Below, one piece after another: positions 50,925 through 63,808 of a stretch of 64,000 nt of DNA. This DNA is from Squalus acanthias (lineage: Eukaryota), in the NCBI GenBank assembly GCA_030390025.1, contig CM059431.1:147622001-147686000 (forward strand), given 5' to 3'. The position numbers and the translations under genes were made by a program. Numbering within the stretch: the stretch's first letter is position 1; every line of letters starts with the position of its first letter. The notes below the pieces were generated by a model, which did no database searches, was not told the origin of the DNA, and worked only from the letters and a program-made list of their open reading frames with translations.

Positions 50925-52422
50925 TCATAAGAACATAAGGATTAGGTACAGGAGTAGGCCATACGGCCCCTCGAGCCTGCTCCATCATTGAATAAGATAT
51001 TGGATGATCTTCGACCTCATCTCCACTTTCCCGCCCGATCCCCATATCCCTTGATTCCCTTAGAGTCAAAAGCTATCTATCACAGCCTTGAATATACTTA
51101 ATATTATTTTTTCCCATGTTCTATTTTGCTTTCCTAATTTCCTTCCTAATTTCACCCCTACACTTTCTATACTCTTCTAGGCTTTCTGCAGTATTGAGCT
51201 CACGATATCTGATATAGACGTCCCTTTTTTCCCTTTTCTTACCCTGTATGCACCTATTCATCCAGGGGCTCTAAATTTGGCAGTTCAACACTTTTTCATG
51301 TTTACCCTGGACTCCATGTATCTCCCTCTTGAATAAGTCCTACTGCTCTGACATTTCAAGAAAATGTTTCCAGTCCACTTTTGCTAAATCACTTCTTAAC
51401 CTACTAAAATTGGCCTTCCCCCAATTTAGAACCCATACTCATGTTTTTTCTTTGTCCTTATTCATTGTTGTGCTAAAACTAAATGAATAATGATCACTAA
51501 CACACAAATGCACTCCCACTGATACTCATTCTACTCCTTCCAACTGCACAGCTTCATTCCCTAAAACTAAATCAAGAGCTGCCCCCCCCCCGCCCTCCCC
51601 CACCCTCTTCTTGGGTTTGCTACGTATTGGCTAAAAATGTCCTCCAGAATGCAATTTAGGAATGCTGTGCCCTCTATATCTTTTACACTGGTAGTATCCT
51701 AGTTAATATTGGGATGATTGAAATCCCCCACTATCACTGCTCTATTGTTTTTGCACTTGTCAGAAATTTGCCTACAAATTTGCTCTTTTATCTCCCTCGG
51801 ACTGTTTGGGGGTCTACAGTACACTCCCAGCAGTGTCATTGTCCCATTTTTGTCCTTTAGTTCAATTCACATGGCCTCATTTGATGATCCTTTTAACATA
51901 TCATCCCTCATGACAGCTGTAGTTGTCTCAGTAGTGCGAACGCCCTATTTTTTTAAACACCTCGCTATCTCGCCTGAATATCCTGTAACCAGAAATGTTG
52001 AGCTGCCAGTCCTGCCCTGCTTTCAGTCATGTTTCAGTAATGACTATAATATAATACTCCCAGGTGTTTATCTGTGCCCTTAGCTCATCTCCCTTATTTC
52101 CTAGACTCCGTGCGTTAAAGTATACACCATTTAGCGTTGGCAACATGTCTTGTTGTCTATTTCCGTGCCCTTGTTTCCTCTGCCCTCCAAACTCGCTGAC
52201 TAATTTTCTGCCCTCCATTTCCAGCTTTGCTTCTCTCGCTTCTGAAAATATTCTCAGGTTCCCATTCCCCTGCCAAGCTAGTTTAAACCATCCCAACAGC
52301 ACCAGAGGATATTGTTCCTGGCTCTGTTGAGGTGCAACCCGTCTGGGTTGTACAGGGTCTACCTACCCCAGAAACGGTCCCAATGCCTCAGGAATCTAAA
52401 GCCCTCCCTCCTGCACCAGCTC
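50925..52422 (-). mobile_element. CR1 fragments (tail, endonuclease, ORF1 end)
   Basis: Tail CATAAGAACATAAG at 50926; YFNARSLGNKGDEL (52027-52302); REGFRFLRHWDRFWGR. Confidence 0.85.
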
Positions 52423-52959
52423 ACCGGCCAATAAAATAGATTTAAAAAAGGACCAGCCAACTGTGCAACTGCCACGGGATTCACCAGCTCAGCTTCTGAC
52501 CAGTGATGGAGAGTGTCATTGGGACAAGAATTCAACTCCCCATCCGCCATTGAACGGTTTGTACACGAACATTTAACAGAAACAATTCCATATAGTTTAG
52601 GGATTAATATGAATCATTCTTATATACTGACAGTTTCTTGGAGCCAGCAGTATCTCAGGAAGGTGGAGAGAGAGAGAAGTCGAATCCTCACCACATTAAC
52701 TGGGACCGGTGGTACCTGGACACTCAGTGTCAAAGACAGGATAAAACAGGAAGCTTCAGCAATGATTGGAAGGATAAGGAATTTTCCTGAGAATCCAATC
52801 AGTCCAGGATTTTGCCGAGGTGAGAGTCGAACCCGCTATCGGCAGCTGTTCAACATTTGCCATAAGGATCGGCCTTTGATGTGGAAATTTGACTGGGGAT
52901 TCACTCACATGCGAATCTTGTCCATACCTCACCTGGGAGAGTTTCAAAGTTTATGCACG

Positions 52960-53590
52960 TGGAATTTTATCCTGTATCCGTACCGTGCTGTACCAGAGTT
53001 AGTTTGCTTCATTAGAAAGTGTCAGAGGAGCTTTTAGCTGTATTGCCCACATGCTGTATCAGAGATGAAAGTTCTTGCTGAACCAAAATACAGCGGGATA
53101 TACTCTGTATTTAACCCCTGCCGCACCTGCCCTGGTAGTATTTGACGGGATCGTAGAAAGGAAGTTTAATACCGTATCTAACCCGTGCTTTACCTGGCCT
53201 GGGAATGTTTGATGGGACAGTGTAGAGGGAGCTTTAATCTGTATCTAAACCATGCTATACCTGCCCTGGGAGTGGTTGAGTGTAGAGGAAGCTTTACACT
53301 GTATCTGACCCGTGCTGTACCTGCCCTGGGAGTGTTTGATGGGACAATGTCGAGGGAGCTTTACACTGCATTTGGCCCGCCCTGTAACTGCCCTCGGACT
53401 TTTTGAGGGGACAGTGTAGATGGAGCTTTACTCTGTATCTAACCCGTGCTGTACCTGCTGTGGGAGTGTTTGATGAGACAATGTAGAGGGAGCTTTACTC
53501 TGTATCTAAACCGTGCTGTACCTGCCCTGGGAGTTTTCTTTGGTGCAGTGTTGAGTGAACATTACCCTATATCTTACACGTACTGTTTCT
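52960..53590 (+). repeat. 67-bp minisatellite block
   Basis: AGCTTTACTCTG at 53424 and 53491 gives period 67. Confidence 0.88.
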
Positions 53591-53724
53591 AATCCGATGA
53601 TTCAACCTCTGATGATCACTCCACTTTTTGTCTCTGATGCTCTGAGCGGGCTCGGACATCGGACTGAATGTACAACATGTGTTCATGCCCAGTAAGACTG
53701 CGCACCAGGAGCAGAGCCTGGTCA

Positions 53725-53935
53725 TGTGACCCTGGAACACATCGACTGGGCGGGGCTCCGGTTGCTTTGTGACATTGTTACTGGCTGCTATGTGATTGGC
53801 TCCAGGCTCCTTTGTGCTATCACAAGGAGACAGGTTTCCGCCACTGGTTACCCCCCATCAGTGGTGTGTTACTGTGGGTGGAGCTGGAGTTGGCAGCAGA
53901 TATTCTGAGTCATTTTAGTGCCTATAAATAGGGGC
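53725..53935 (+). promoter_or_regulatory. Repeated promoter-like module, copy 3
   Basis: GGGCGGGG, ATTGG, TTTCCGCC, CATCAGT, CTATAAATAGGGG. Confidence 0.45.
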
Positions 53936-54389
53936 AAAGAAAATAACTACTTAACTTTAAAGTATGTAATTCAAACATATTGTAAATATTTTTAATTAAA
54001 TATTTTATTATTCACAAAAATAGTCCCATTGTTTTCCTGTAACATATTCTATAATTAAGATAAATCATGGTTATATGAAAAGTTTCTTTGATTGAGCAGT
54101 ATGGTAGGAAAGTGGAAAGAGAGATCTCGAATCATCACTACACTAACTGGAGAAAGATCGCTAGGTTCATAGAGAAGATCTGTTGTGACCAAGACCCCCA
54201 GTGTCAAAGACTGGAAACGGGAAGATTCAACAATGATTGGAAATGTGAGGAGCTTTACTGAGAATCTCTTCAGTCGAAGATTTTGCCGAGGTGAGAGTAC
54301 AACACGCTATTGGGAGACGTTTAGCATCTGGCATAAAACTCGGCCTTTGATGCGGCAAATTGACTGGGGATTCACTGGTAGCCAATATC

Positions 54390-55205
54390 TCGAGTTCTTG
54401 ACCCACTCCCTAGAGGGAATAGTTTTTCTCTGTCTACTCTATCAAACCTCACATCATCCTGAAAACCTCTATTAGGCCTCCTCTTAACTTCTCTGTTCCA
54501 AGGAGAATAGTCCTCTCCTCATAACTGAAGTCACTCATCCCCGGTAACATCCTGGTAAACCTCTTCTGTTCCATTTCTAAGGCCTTTACATCTTTCCTGA
54601 AGTGTGGTGCTCAGAATTGTCAACAATACTCCAGCTGAAACTTTACCAGTGAGTTATAAAGTTCTAACTGATCACTTCTCTTTTATATTCTATTCCTCTA
54701 TTTAAAAACCAAGTAAACCAGATGATTTTTTAACCAACTTATCAACTTGCCCTGCCACCTGTAAGGATCTGTGTTATGGACATTTAGGTTCATCTGCTCA
54801 TCTAAACGTTTCAAAATTGTGCCATTTATAGCACACTGTCTTTCCATTTTTGTCCTCCCAAAGTGCATCACTTACACTTCTCCGCACTTCTCTGCCATGC
54901 TTCTTCCCATCGCACCATCCTTGCTATGTCATCCTGAAGCCTATAACTATCCTCATCATTATCTACTACTTTTCCAAGTATCGTGTTGTCTGCAAACTTT
55001 GTAATGCTGCTCCCTAGGTTGTTGATAAAAAAAAATGAGTAGAGTAATGGACCCAAAATGATCCTTGGGGAACATCACGGCAAACTACCACCCAGTCTGA
55101 AAAACATCCATCCACTATCACCATTTGCTTCCAATCACTGAACCAATTCCGTACCCATTCGACACTTTCCACTTCATTCCATGGGTTTCCATCTTCTTAA
55201 CAAGC
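54390..55205 (-). mobile_element. Old CR1 RT fragment
   Basis: KFADNT (54868-55056) and degenerate C-terminal ORF2 segments. Confidence 0.75.
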
Positions 55206-55214
55206 CGCATATCC

Positions 55215-56080
55215 AAACCAGATATCCAAGTTTGCCGATATAGGCGGCATTCTAAGCAATGTAGATGGAAACATCACATTTCAAAGAGATATTAATAGAT
55301 TAAGTGACTGGACAAAACTGTGGCATATGGATCTTAACGCAGGCACGTGTCAGATCATCGACTTTGGACCTAAAAAGGAAAGATCAGAGTACTTTCTAAA
55401 TCGTGAAAAGCTGGAAACAGTGGAGGTCCAAAGAAACTTATGGGTCCGTGTACATAGATCATTAAAATATCATGGACAGATACAGAAAATAATCAAAAAG
55501 GCTACGGAATGCTGGGATTTATATCTAGCCGACTAGATTATAAGAGGTAGAAGGCTTGCTACAGCTATTCCAAGCCCTGGTTAAACCATACTTGGAATAC
55601 TGTGTTCAGTCCTGGGCACCACACCTTAGGAAGGATATGTTGGCCTTGGAGGGAGTGCAGCGTAGGTTTACAAGAATTATACATAGACTCCAAGGGTTAT
55701 ATTACGAGGAGAGATTACACAAACTAGGGCTGGATGTCTGGAATTTCGAAGGTTATGAGGTGATTTCAACGAAGTTTTCAAGATATTAAAGTGAACTGGT
55801 AGAGTAGATAGAGAGAACCATTTCCGATGGTTGGGGAGTCTAGGTTTGGGGAACACTTCTATATACAAAGGTTGGTAGACATTTGAAACTCTCTTCCACA
55901 AACGGCAGTTGATGCTAGGACAATTGTTAATTTAAAATCTGAAGTTGATGAACTTTTATTAACTAAACGATTTCTGGGGACAAAGGCTGTTATATTGAGC
56001 TCGGTCATAGTTCAACCATGATCTACAATGAATGGCAGAACAGGCTCGAGGGGCTAAATGACCAACACCTGTTCCTATTT
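55215..56080 (+). mobile_element. CR1 3' fragment with tail
   Basis: LEYCVQSWAPHLRKD (55556-55789); tail CAGGCTCGAGGGGCTAAATGACC. Confidence 0.85.
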
Positions 56081-56126
56081 TATGTCACTGCACGAATCTG
56101 GAGATTAGAATCGTGATTTAAATGAA

Positions 56127-56200
56127 CACCTGACCAGGGACTTGAACCCTAGAACTTCAGATTATAAAGTCCGATGCTCTACTGACTGAGCAATCTACGC
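56127..56200 (-). pseudogene. tRNA-Lys(UUU) pseudogene
   Basis: Minus strand GCGTAGATTGCTCAGTCAGTAGAGCATCGGACTTTATAATCTGAAGTTCTAGGGTTCAAGTCCCTGGTCAGGTG aligns end to end with vertebrate tRNA-Lys-TTT; extra base in anticodon loop, broken acceptor stem. Confidence 0.85.
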
Positions 56201-56224
56201 TCTGGATCTCAGGCTCACAAAGCG

Positions 56225-57600
56225 ACCTTCACTGGCTGACATGTATCATTACACCCTCTATATTTTCCATTTGCTTCTCCATTGATCCACTCTGTACAGC
56301 GCATTTTTCTCACACACCCAGGCTGACTGCCTCACGCAGGCTTCACTTGAGGAATATTCACCCTCCCACAAACGACACGCTGTTTAGCAGCGGCGTCAGA
56401 TGTGAGAAGTGCTGATCCCCAGATATCTGTATTAGATCTTCAACTTTTCACCATGTTTATTATTGACTTGGACGGAGCAACAGAGTGTTACAGATCCATG
56501 TTTGAAGATCGCATTAAGTTAGGAAGCACGGTAGTAGTGCAAATGGGAGCGGGGCTTAACAAAAGGGACAGAGACAGATGAAGTGAGTGGTCAAAAACAA
56601 GACAACTTGAATTCATTGTGCGCAAGTGTGACCTCATCCTATTTGGAACCAATTAAGATAATCGGTTTATTTTCTAAATGTTTGAGGAGAAAAGACGTGT
56701 GTGAGTCCCAGTTCACAAATCATTCAACACTAGTAGACAAGTACAGACATCAGTCAAAAGTCTAATGTAATCCTGCCCTTTATCTCAAGGGGGCTGGACA
56801 TGGAGGAGGAGGTTATGCGTCAGTTGTATGGACTCTTGTTCACTGCCATCAGAATTACTGCATTCAGATACTGCCTGACCTGCTGAATATTCCCAGCATT
56901 TTCAGTTTTTATTTCAGATTTCCAGCATCCGCAGTATTTTGCTTTTGCAATCGAAATCTGGAACCCTGTTCTCAAAGAGACTGTGGATTTTCGGACAGCT
57001 GGAGGTTTTACGAAAAAAAACCGGCTTCCATACAAAGTTTCGAATTGTATCAATCTGTTTTGCTAAAGTTCACACAACAACCTTCACTGGCTGACCTGCA
57101 TCAATACAACCTCGACATTTTGCATTTCCTTCTCCAGTAATATCGCCTGTACAGCGCATTTCTCTCACACACCCAGAATGACTGCCTCCCACAGGCTTCA
57201 CTTCAGAAATATTCTCCCTCCCACAAACGACTCACTCTTTAGCAGCGGCGTCAGAAGTGAGAAGTGTGGTCCCCCAGATATCTGTAATGGATCGTCATCT
57301 TTTCACCATATTTATTAATAATTTGGACGGACCAACAGAGTGCGGCAGCTGCAAGTTCGCAGTATATTCTGAGGCACTGTAGTATTGCGAATGGGAGCGG
57401 GATGGAAACAAAGGGACAGCGACAGATGAAGTGAATGGGCAAAATTATGGCAAATCGAGTTCATTGTACAAAAAATCATCCGCTTTGGAATCAACTGAGA
57501 TAACTCGGAGTATTTTCTAAATGATGTGAAGCTATTAACTTGAGGAGCAAAGAGGTTTGTTAGTCCCAGTTCACAAATCATTAAAAACTAGTATACATGT
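56225..57600 (+). repeat. Local direct duplication of about 520 bp (56225-56745 and 57081-57600)
   Basis: Both start CCTTCACTGGCTGAC and share TGTACAGCGCATTT, TTTAGCAGCGGCGTCAGA, GTCCCAGTTCACAAATCATT; 3' halves are CR1-derived. Confidence 0.85.
56862..56950. mobile_element. Short interspersed repeat fragment, possibly a Penelope-like terminal repeat
   Basis: CTGACCTGCTGAATATTCCCAGCATTTTC...CCAGCATCCGCAGTATTTTGCTTT resembles a common shark repeat (recollection). Confidence 0.45.
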
Positions 57601-58345
57601 AGAAAAATGTGCTCGATAAAATCCCGCATAAGACGCTGTTAGCTAAAGTTGATGTTCGTGGAATTGAAGGCACATTATTGTCCTGGTTAGGAAATCGGTT
57701 GAGTGGTAGGATACAGAGTGTACAGGTAATGGGCAGGTACTTCAGTTGGCAGGAAATGACTCGTGGTGTCCCGAGGGTTCTGTGTTGGGGCCTCAACTAT
57801 TCAACGTATTTATTAACAACATAGATGATGAGATTGAGAATCGCATAACCAAGTTGGATGATGACACTGATAGGTGGCATTGTAAGCAGTGTAGATGGAA
57901 GCATAAAATTACATCGAGATATTAATAGATTTAGTGATGGGCAACATTGTGGCAATTGGATTTAAGTATTGGCAAGTGTGAGGTCATCCACTTAGGACCC
58001 ATAAACGATAGATCAGAACAAGTTCTAAATGGTGAAACACTAGAAAAAGTGGAGGTGCAAAGTGACTTAGGGCTCCATGCTGGCGGTGTCCACACGTCCA
58101 ATGAATAAAAGAATCATTAAAATATCATGGGCAGGTACGGTATAAAATGAAAAGGCTAATGGAAAGCTAGGGTTTATATCTAGAGGACTACAATATAGGG
58201 GTGTGCTACTGATGCTCCAGCGATACAAAGCCCTGGTTAGACCACAGCTGGAGGACTGGGTTCAGTTCTGGGCACCTGAGGAAGGTTGTATTAGCTTTGG
58301 AGATATTAAGGTGCACTAATAGGGGCGATATAAAGAAACTATTTC
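57601..58345 (+). mobile_element. Old CR1 RT fragment
   Basis: DKIPHKTLL...TRGVP (57609-57824). Confidence 0.75.
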
Positions 58346-59000
58346 CTGGGGGTCACAATTGACCAGAAACTAAACTGGACCAGCCACATAAATACTGTGG
58401 CTACAAGAGCCAGTCAGAGGCTGGGTATTCTGCGGAATGTCTCTCACCTCCTGACTCCCCAAAGCTTTCCACCATCTACAAGCCACAAGTAAGGAGTGTG
58501 ATGGAATACTCTCCGCTTGCCGGGACGGGTGACGCTCCAACAACACTCAAGAAGCTCGACACCTTCCAGGACATAGCAGCCCGCTTGATTGGCACCTCAT
58601 CCACACCTTAAACGTTCACTCCCTGCACCACCGGCGCTCCTGCAGTGTGTACCATCTACAAGATGCACTGCAGCAACTTGCCAAGTCTTCTTTGGCAGCA
58701 CCTCCCTATCCCACGAGCCCTACCACCTGGAAGGACAAGGGCAGCAGGCGCATGGGAACACCACCACCTCCAAGTTCCCTCCCAAGTCACATATGATACT
58801 GACTTGGAAATATGTCACCGTTCCTTCATCTTTGCTGGGACAAAATCCTGGAACTCCCTTCCTAACAGCAATATGGGAGTACCTTCACCACACGGATGCA
58901 GCGGTTCAAGAAGGTGGCTCATCACCACCTTCTCAAGGGGCATTAGGACTAGGAATTAAATTCTGGTCTTGCCAGCGACGCCCACATCATAAGAATGAAG
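58346..59000 (+). mobile_element. 3' end of the second non-LTR family
   Basis: CTIYKMHCSNLP (58645-58959); same 3' UTR as 47585-47750. Confidence 0.85.
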
Positions 59001-59009
59001 AAAAGATAA

Positions 59010-59407
59010 ATTATTGGTGAAGGTTAAAAAAATTAATGAAGTTATTTTTTTAACTTTTTCTTTTGTCTCTTGTATCTCTCACTCTCTCCTATTCACATCT
59101 TTGTTTTCTCTCTTTATTCCGCTTTATGTATATAATTTGTCACTGAATTTACTATTCTAATTTACACTTCCTGGTTCAGATGCTGAGAGCCTCATTAAGG
59201 ATTCTTTAATCTGATTGGTTGAATAGTTGCACACTTGTTTGTCCTGTTCACCCGGGTCCCAGATCCCCTGTAGAGGGCGCTGCGCTGTAATAGATTTCGA
59301 ATCACCGCAACTTCCAGAGCAAAAGCCCGGAGAAAATCTGTGGGCAAGAGGAGGGGTAATAAACGGCGAGCGTCGTTAGTTCACTTCTGACTGCAAAATC
59401 CAGGCCA
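59010..59407. mobile_element. Possible half of a MITE-like element
   Basis: AT/CT-rich core then GC-rich end terminating AAAATCCAGGCC, similar to the right terminus at 50751-50762. Confidence 0.35.
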
Positions 59408-59411
59408 CAAT

Positions 59412-60925
59412 TTAGGAGAGATGACTAAAACCGTGATCAAACCATTAGGTTTTAAGGAGCGTCTTAAAGGAGGAGAGAGATGGAGAGCTTTAGGAAGGTA
59501 ATGCCAGAATTTAAGTACCAGACAGCTGAAGGCACGGCCACCAATGGAAGGCCGAAGAATGTGAACAACACACAAGAGGCCGGTGTAGGAGCAACGCAGA
59601 TTTCTCGGAGACATTAAAAAGTGAACCTCGTCATCTCTACTCTTGCAAAGCAGTAACTGCACATTATAGGACTAGGAGAGCTGGGGGAGGTTAGAGAGAT
59701 CGGGAGGAGCGAGTCAATGATGGATAATTTTCAAATCGATACGTTTCTGGACCGGGAGCCAGTGTTGCCCGGAGCACAGAGTTGACCTGTGATTCCGAGT
59801 TAGTGCGAGTTAGGTTACAGGCAGCAGAGTTTTGGATGAGGTCATGTTTATGGAGAGTGGAAGATGTGAGGCAGTCCAGGAGAGTATTGGCTTAGACAAG
59901 TGTGGAGGCGAAAAAGATCTGGATGAAGATTTGATGCCAGATGGAGCGGAGCTGATCGATGTGACGCAGCCTTTGTGATGGACAGGATCTGGGGTCAGAA
60001 GCTCAGCTCAGGGTCAAACAGGACAACAGCCGGTTCAACCTGAGACAATGGCCAGGGAGGGGGATGCAATCAGTGGCTAGTGAATGGAGTTTGTGCGGAG
60101 ACCATAGACAATGGCTGCAGTCTGCCCAATGTTTAATTGGAGGATATTTTTGTTCACCCAGGACTGGATATCAGACACGTGATTTGACAACACAGAGGCA
60201 ATGGACTGGTTGAGAGAGGTGTTGTTGAGCTAGAGCTGTGTAGCATCAGCTTATATCTGGAATCAGACATTGTTTTTTCGAATGATGTCGCCGAGGGCAG
60301 CATGTAAATAAAAAATAGGAGGGGGGCGATGATAGTTCCCTGGGTGACTCCAGAGGTAACGGTGCGGGATCGGGAAGAGAAGGTATTGCAGCATATTCTC
60401 TGGTTCTGACTGCGGGGGTAACAATGGAAACAGGCGAGGGCACCCCACAGAGCTCAATAATGGAGGACTGGATTGGAGGAGGATGGTGTGGTCAACCGTG
60501 TCAAAAGGGGAAGAATGAGGAGGGATAGTGCGCCACGGTCACATCTAGGATATCATTTGTGACTTTGATAAGGGCCATTTCAGTGCTGTGGCAGAGGCGG
60601 GAACCAGATTGGAGAGGTTCACACATGGAGCTGCGGGAAACATATGCACGGATTTAAAAGAAGACAACGTGTTCAAGGACTTTGGAGAGTAATAGGAGGT
60701 TGGAGATGGGCAGCAGTTTGTAAAGATAGAGGGGTCAGTGTGGATTTGTTAGGAGGGTTGATGACGACAGATTTGGAAGGGTGTGGAATAGTACCGGAAC
60801 AGAGGGAACCGTTCACAATATCAGCCAACATGGGGGCCAGGGAGGGAAGGGGATGGTCAGCAATTTAGTGGGAAGAGGGTCGAGAGAGTCGGAGCTGGGT
60901 CTCATGGAGAAGATCAGCTCGGAGA
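59412..60925 (-). mobile_element. Degenerate L2-like LINE
   Basis: Minus strand IGGRAFSCL...W..LP and CTTTAAGACGCTCCTTAAAACC 3' end; purine-rich plus strand. Confidence 0.7.
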
Positions 60926-60934
60926 TGTCATTAC

Positions 60935-61235
60935 TGGAAATAGCAGTACATGGGAAATTGAGGAGAATACAGTAACTGTTCAATTAGAAATATAGTACAG
61001 AGGAATTTAGGGAACACGGTAACTGTTTAAATAGAAATAGAGAACGGGGGAAGAATGGCGAACATGGTAACTGTTTAGGTAGATATAGCAGACAGGACGA
61101 TTTAGGGGAACACAACAACTGTTTAAATACAAATAGCGGACTGGGGAATTTAGCGGAACACAGTAACTGTTTAATTGGGAACAGAGAACGGGGAACAAAG
61201 CTGAACACTGTAACGTTTTAATTAGAAATAGAAGA
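60935..61235 (+). repeat. 47-48-bp tandem repeat, about 6 copies
   Basis: (T)AACTGTT recurs near 60973, 61020, 61068, 61116, 61164. Confidence 0.85.
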
Positions 61236-61244
61236 CAGAAATAG

Positions 61245-63700
61245 GGGTCTTCAAATATCCTAATATAGACTGGGATAGTAATAGTGCAATGGACAGAGAG
61301 GGGGATGAATTTCTAAAGTGTGTTCAGGAGAACTTTCTTGATCAATATGTTTCCGGTCCAACAAGGAAGGAGACATTGCTTGATCTGGCTCTGGGAAATG
61401 AGGTGGGTCAAGTGGAGCAAGTGTCAGTCGGGGAACATTTAGGGAACAATGATCATAGAATCATAAGGTTTAGATTAGCTATGGAAAAGGACAAGGAGCA
61501 ATCTAGAGTAAAATAGTTAATTGTTGGAAGGCCAATTTCAGTGGGTTGAGAACGGAACTGGCCTGGGTGAATTCGAATCAGAGATTTGCAGGCAAAACTA
61601 CAATCGAACAATGGGCTGCCTTTAAAGAAGCAATGGTTTGGGTACAGTCGAGGTACATTCCCACAAGGGGAAAAGGTAGGACAACAAAAGCCAGAGCTCC
61701 CTGAATGACGAAAGAGATAGAAAGGAACATGAAGCAGAAAAAGGGGGTGTATGACAGATGTCAAGTTGAGTATACAAGTGAGAACCAGGTTGAATATAAA
61801 AAGTTCATAGGGGAAGTGAAAAAGGAAAGAAGAGGGGCAAAGAGAGAGTATGAGAATACACTGGCAGCTAACATAAAATGGAATCCAAAAGTCTTCTATA
61901 TGCATACCAATAATAAACGGGTAGTAAGAGGAGGGGTGGGGCCGATTAGGGACCAAAAAGGCCACATACACATGGAGGTAGAGGGCATGGCTGAGGTACT
62001 AAATGAATACTTTGTATCTGTCTTTACCAAGGAAGAAGATGCTGCCAAATTCATATTGAAAGAGGAGATGCTGGATGGGATAAAAATTTATAAAGAGGAT
62101 TTACTAGAAAGGCTGGCTGTTCTTAAAGTAGATAAATCACCAGGACCGATGGGAGGCATCCTAGAATGCTGAGGGAAGTAAAAGGTAGAAATGGCGGAGT
62201 TACTGGACAGAATCTTACAAACTTTTTTAAATAAGAGCGTTGTGCCAGAGGACTGGAGAATTGCAATTGTTACACCCTTGTTCAAAAAAGGGTGTAAGGA
62301 TAAACCGAGCAACTAAAGGCCAGTCAGATTAAGCTCAGTAGAGGGGAAGCTTTAAGCAATGATAATCTGGGACAAAATTAACAGTCACTTGGACAAGTGC
62401 GAATTAATTAAGGAAAGCCAGCAGGGATTTGTTAAGAGCAAATGGTGTTTAGCTAATTTGATCGAGTTTTTTGATGAGGTAACAGAGAGGGTTGATGAGG
62501 GCAATGCAGTTTATGTTGTGTACATGGACTTCAAAAAGGCATTTGATAAAGTGCCACAAAATAGGATTACCAGCAAAGTTAATGCCCATGGAATAAAAGG
62601 GACAGTGGCAGCATTGAAACGAAATTGGCTAAGTGATAGGAAACAGAGAGTAGTGATGAACGGTTGTTTTTTGGACTGAAAGAAGATATACAGTGGTGTT
62701 CCCCAGGGGTCAGCACCAGGACCACTGATTTACTTGATATATATTAGTGACCTGGACTTGGGCGTACAGGGCACAATTAAAAAATTTGCAGATGACACAA
62801 AACTTGGAAGCATAGTGAACAGTGAGGAGGAGAGTGATAGACTTCAGGAAGACATAGGCAGGCTGGTGAAATGGGCGGACACGTGGCAGATGAAATTTAA
62901 TGCAGAAAATTGAGAAGTGATACATTTTGGTAGGAAGAATGAGGAGAGGCAATATAAACTAAAGGGTACAATTCTAAAGGGGATGCAGGAACAGAGAGAC
63001 CTGGGGATATATGTGCACAAATCGTTGAAGGTGGCAGGGCAGGTTGAGAAATTGTTTAAAACAGCAAACGGGATCCTGGGCTTCATAAATAGAGGCATAG
63101 AGTACAAAAGCAAGGAAGTTATGATGAATCTTTATAAAACAGTGGTCCGACCTCAACTGGAGTATTGTGTCCAATTCCTGGTACCAAACTTTAGGAAGGA
63201 TGTGAAGGTCTTAGAAAGGGTGCAGACAATATTTAGAAGAATGGTTCCAGGGATGAGGGACTTCAGTTATGTGGATGGACTGGAGAAGCTGGGGCTCTTC
63301 TCCTTAGAGCAGAGAAGGTTGAGAGGAGATTTGATAGAGGTGTTCAAAATCATACGGGGTCTAGACAGAGCAGATCGAGAGAAACTGTTCCTATTGGCGG
63401 AAAGGTCGAGATCCAGAGGACACAGATTTAAGGTGATTGGCAGAAGAACCAAAGGCGCCATGAGGAAAAGCTTTTTTACGCAGCGAGTGGTTAGGATCTT
63501 GAATGCACTGCCTGAAATGGTGGTGGAGGCAGATTCAGTCATGGCTTTCAAAAGGGAATTGGATAACTACCTGAAGGGAAACAAATCAGGGCTACTGAGA
63601 AGGGCGGGGCAGTGGGACTAGCTGAAGTGCTCTTGCAGAGAGTCGACATGGGCTCGATGGGCCGAATGGCCTTCTTCTGTGCCGCAAATGTTTATGATTG
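61245..63700 (+). mobile_element. 5'-truncated CR1 LINE (endonuclease end, RT, tail), frameshifted
   Basis: ORFs 61289-61516, 61705-62172, 62359-62679, 62917-63621; FADDTK near 62785; tail CGATGGGCCGAATGGCCTTCTTCTG. Confidence 0.93.
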
Positions 63701-63707
63701 TATAATT

Positions 63708-63808
63708 GTCCTTTGAAATGGAATAGCACTTTGCAATGGAATAGACCTTGCAATATAATAGTACTTTGCAATGGCATATCACTTTTCAATGAACCGCCAC
63801 TTTAAATG
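63708..63808 (+). repeat. Short degenerate tandem repeat (17-19 bp, ACTTTGCAATGGAATAG)
   Basis: Five to six imperfect units. Confidence 0.65.

Noticed and set aside
52840-52900. Resemblance of ATCGGCCTTTGATGTGGAA to leaders of shark zinc-finger genes
   Set aside because: Short match from memory only; no C2H2 array in the window
42700-53590. 67-bp, 48-bp and 47-bp periodic repeats as CRISPR-like arrays
   Set aside because: Whole units are homologous with no unique spacers, no cas genes, and the context is eukaryotic
56127-56200. Functional tRNA with an expanded anticodon loop (frameshift suppressor)
   Set aside because: Acceptor and anticodon stems carry several mismatches, consistent with decay
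60984-61208. Repetitive peptides (KQLLCS repeats)
   Set aside because: Translation of the 47-48-bp tandem repeat
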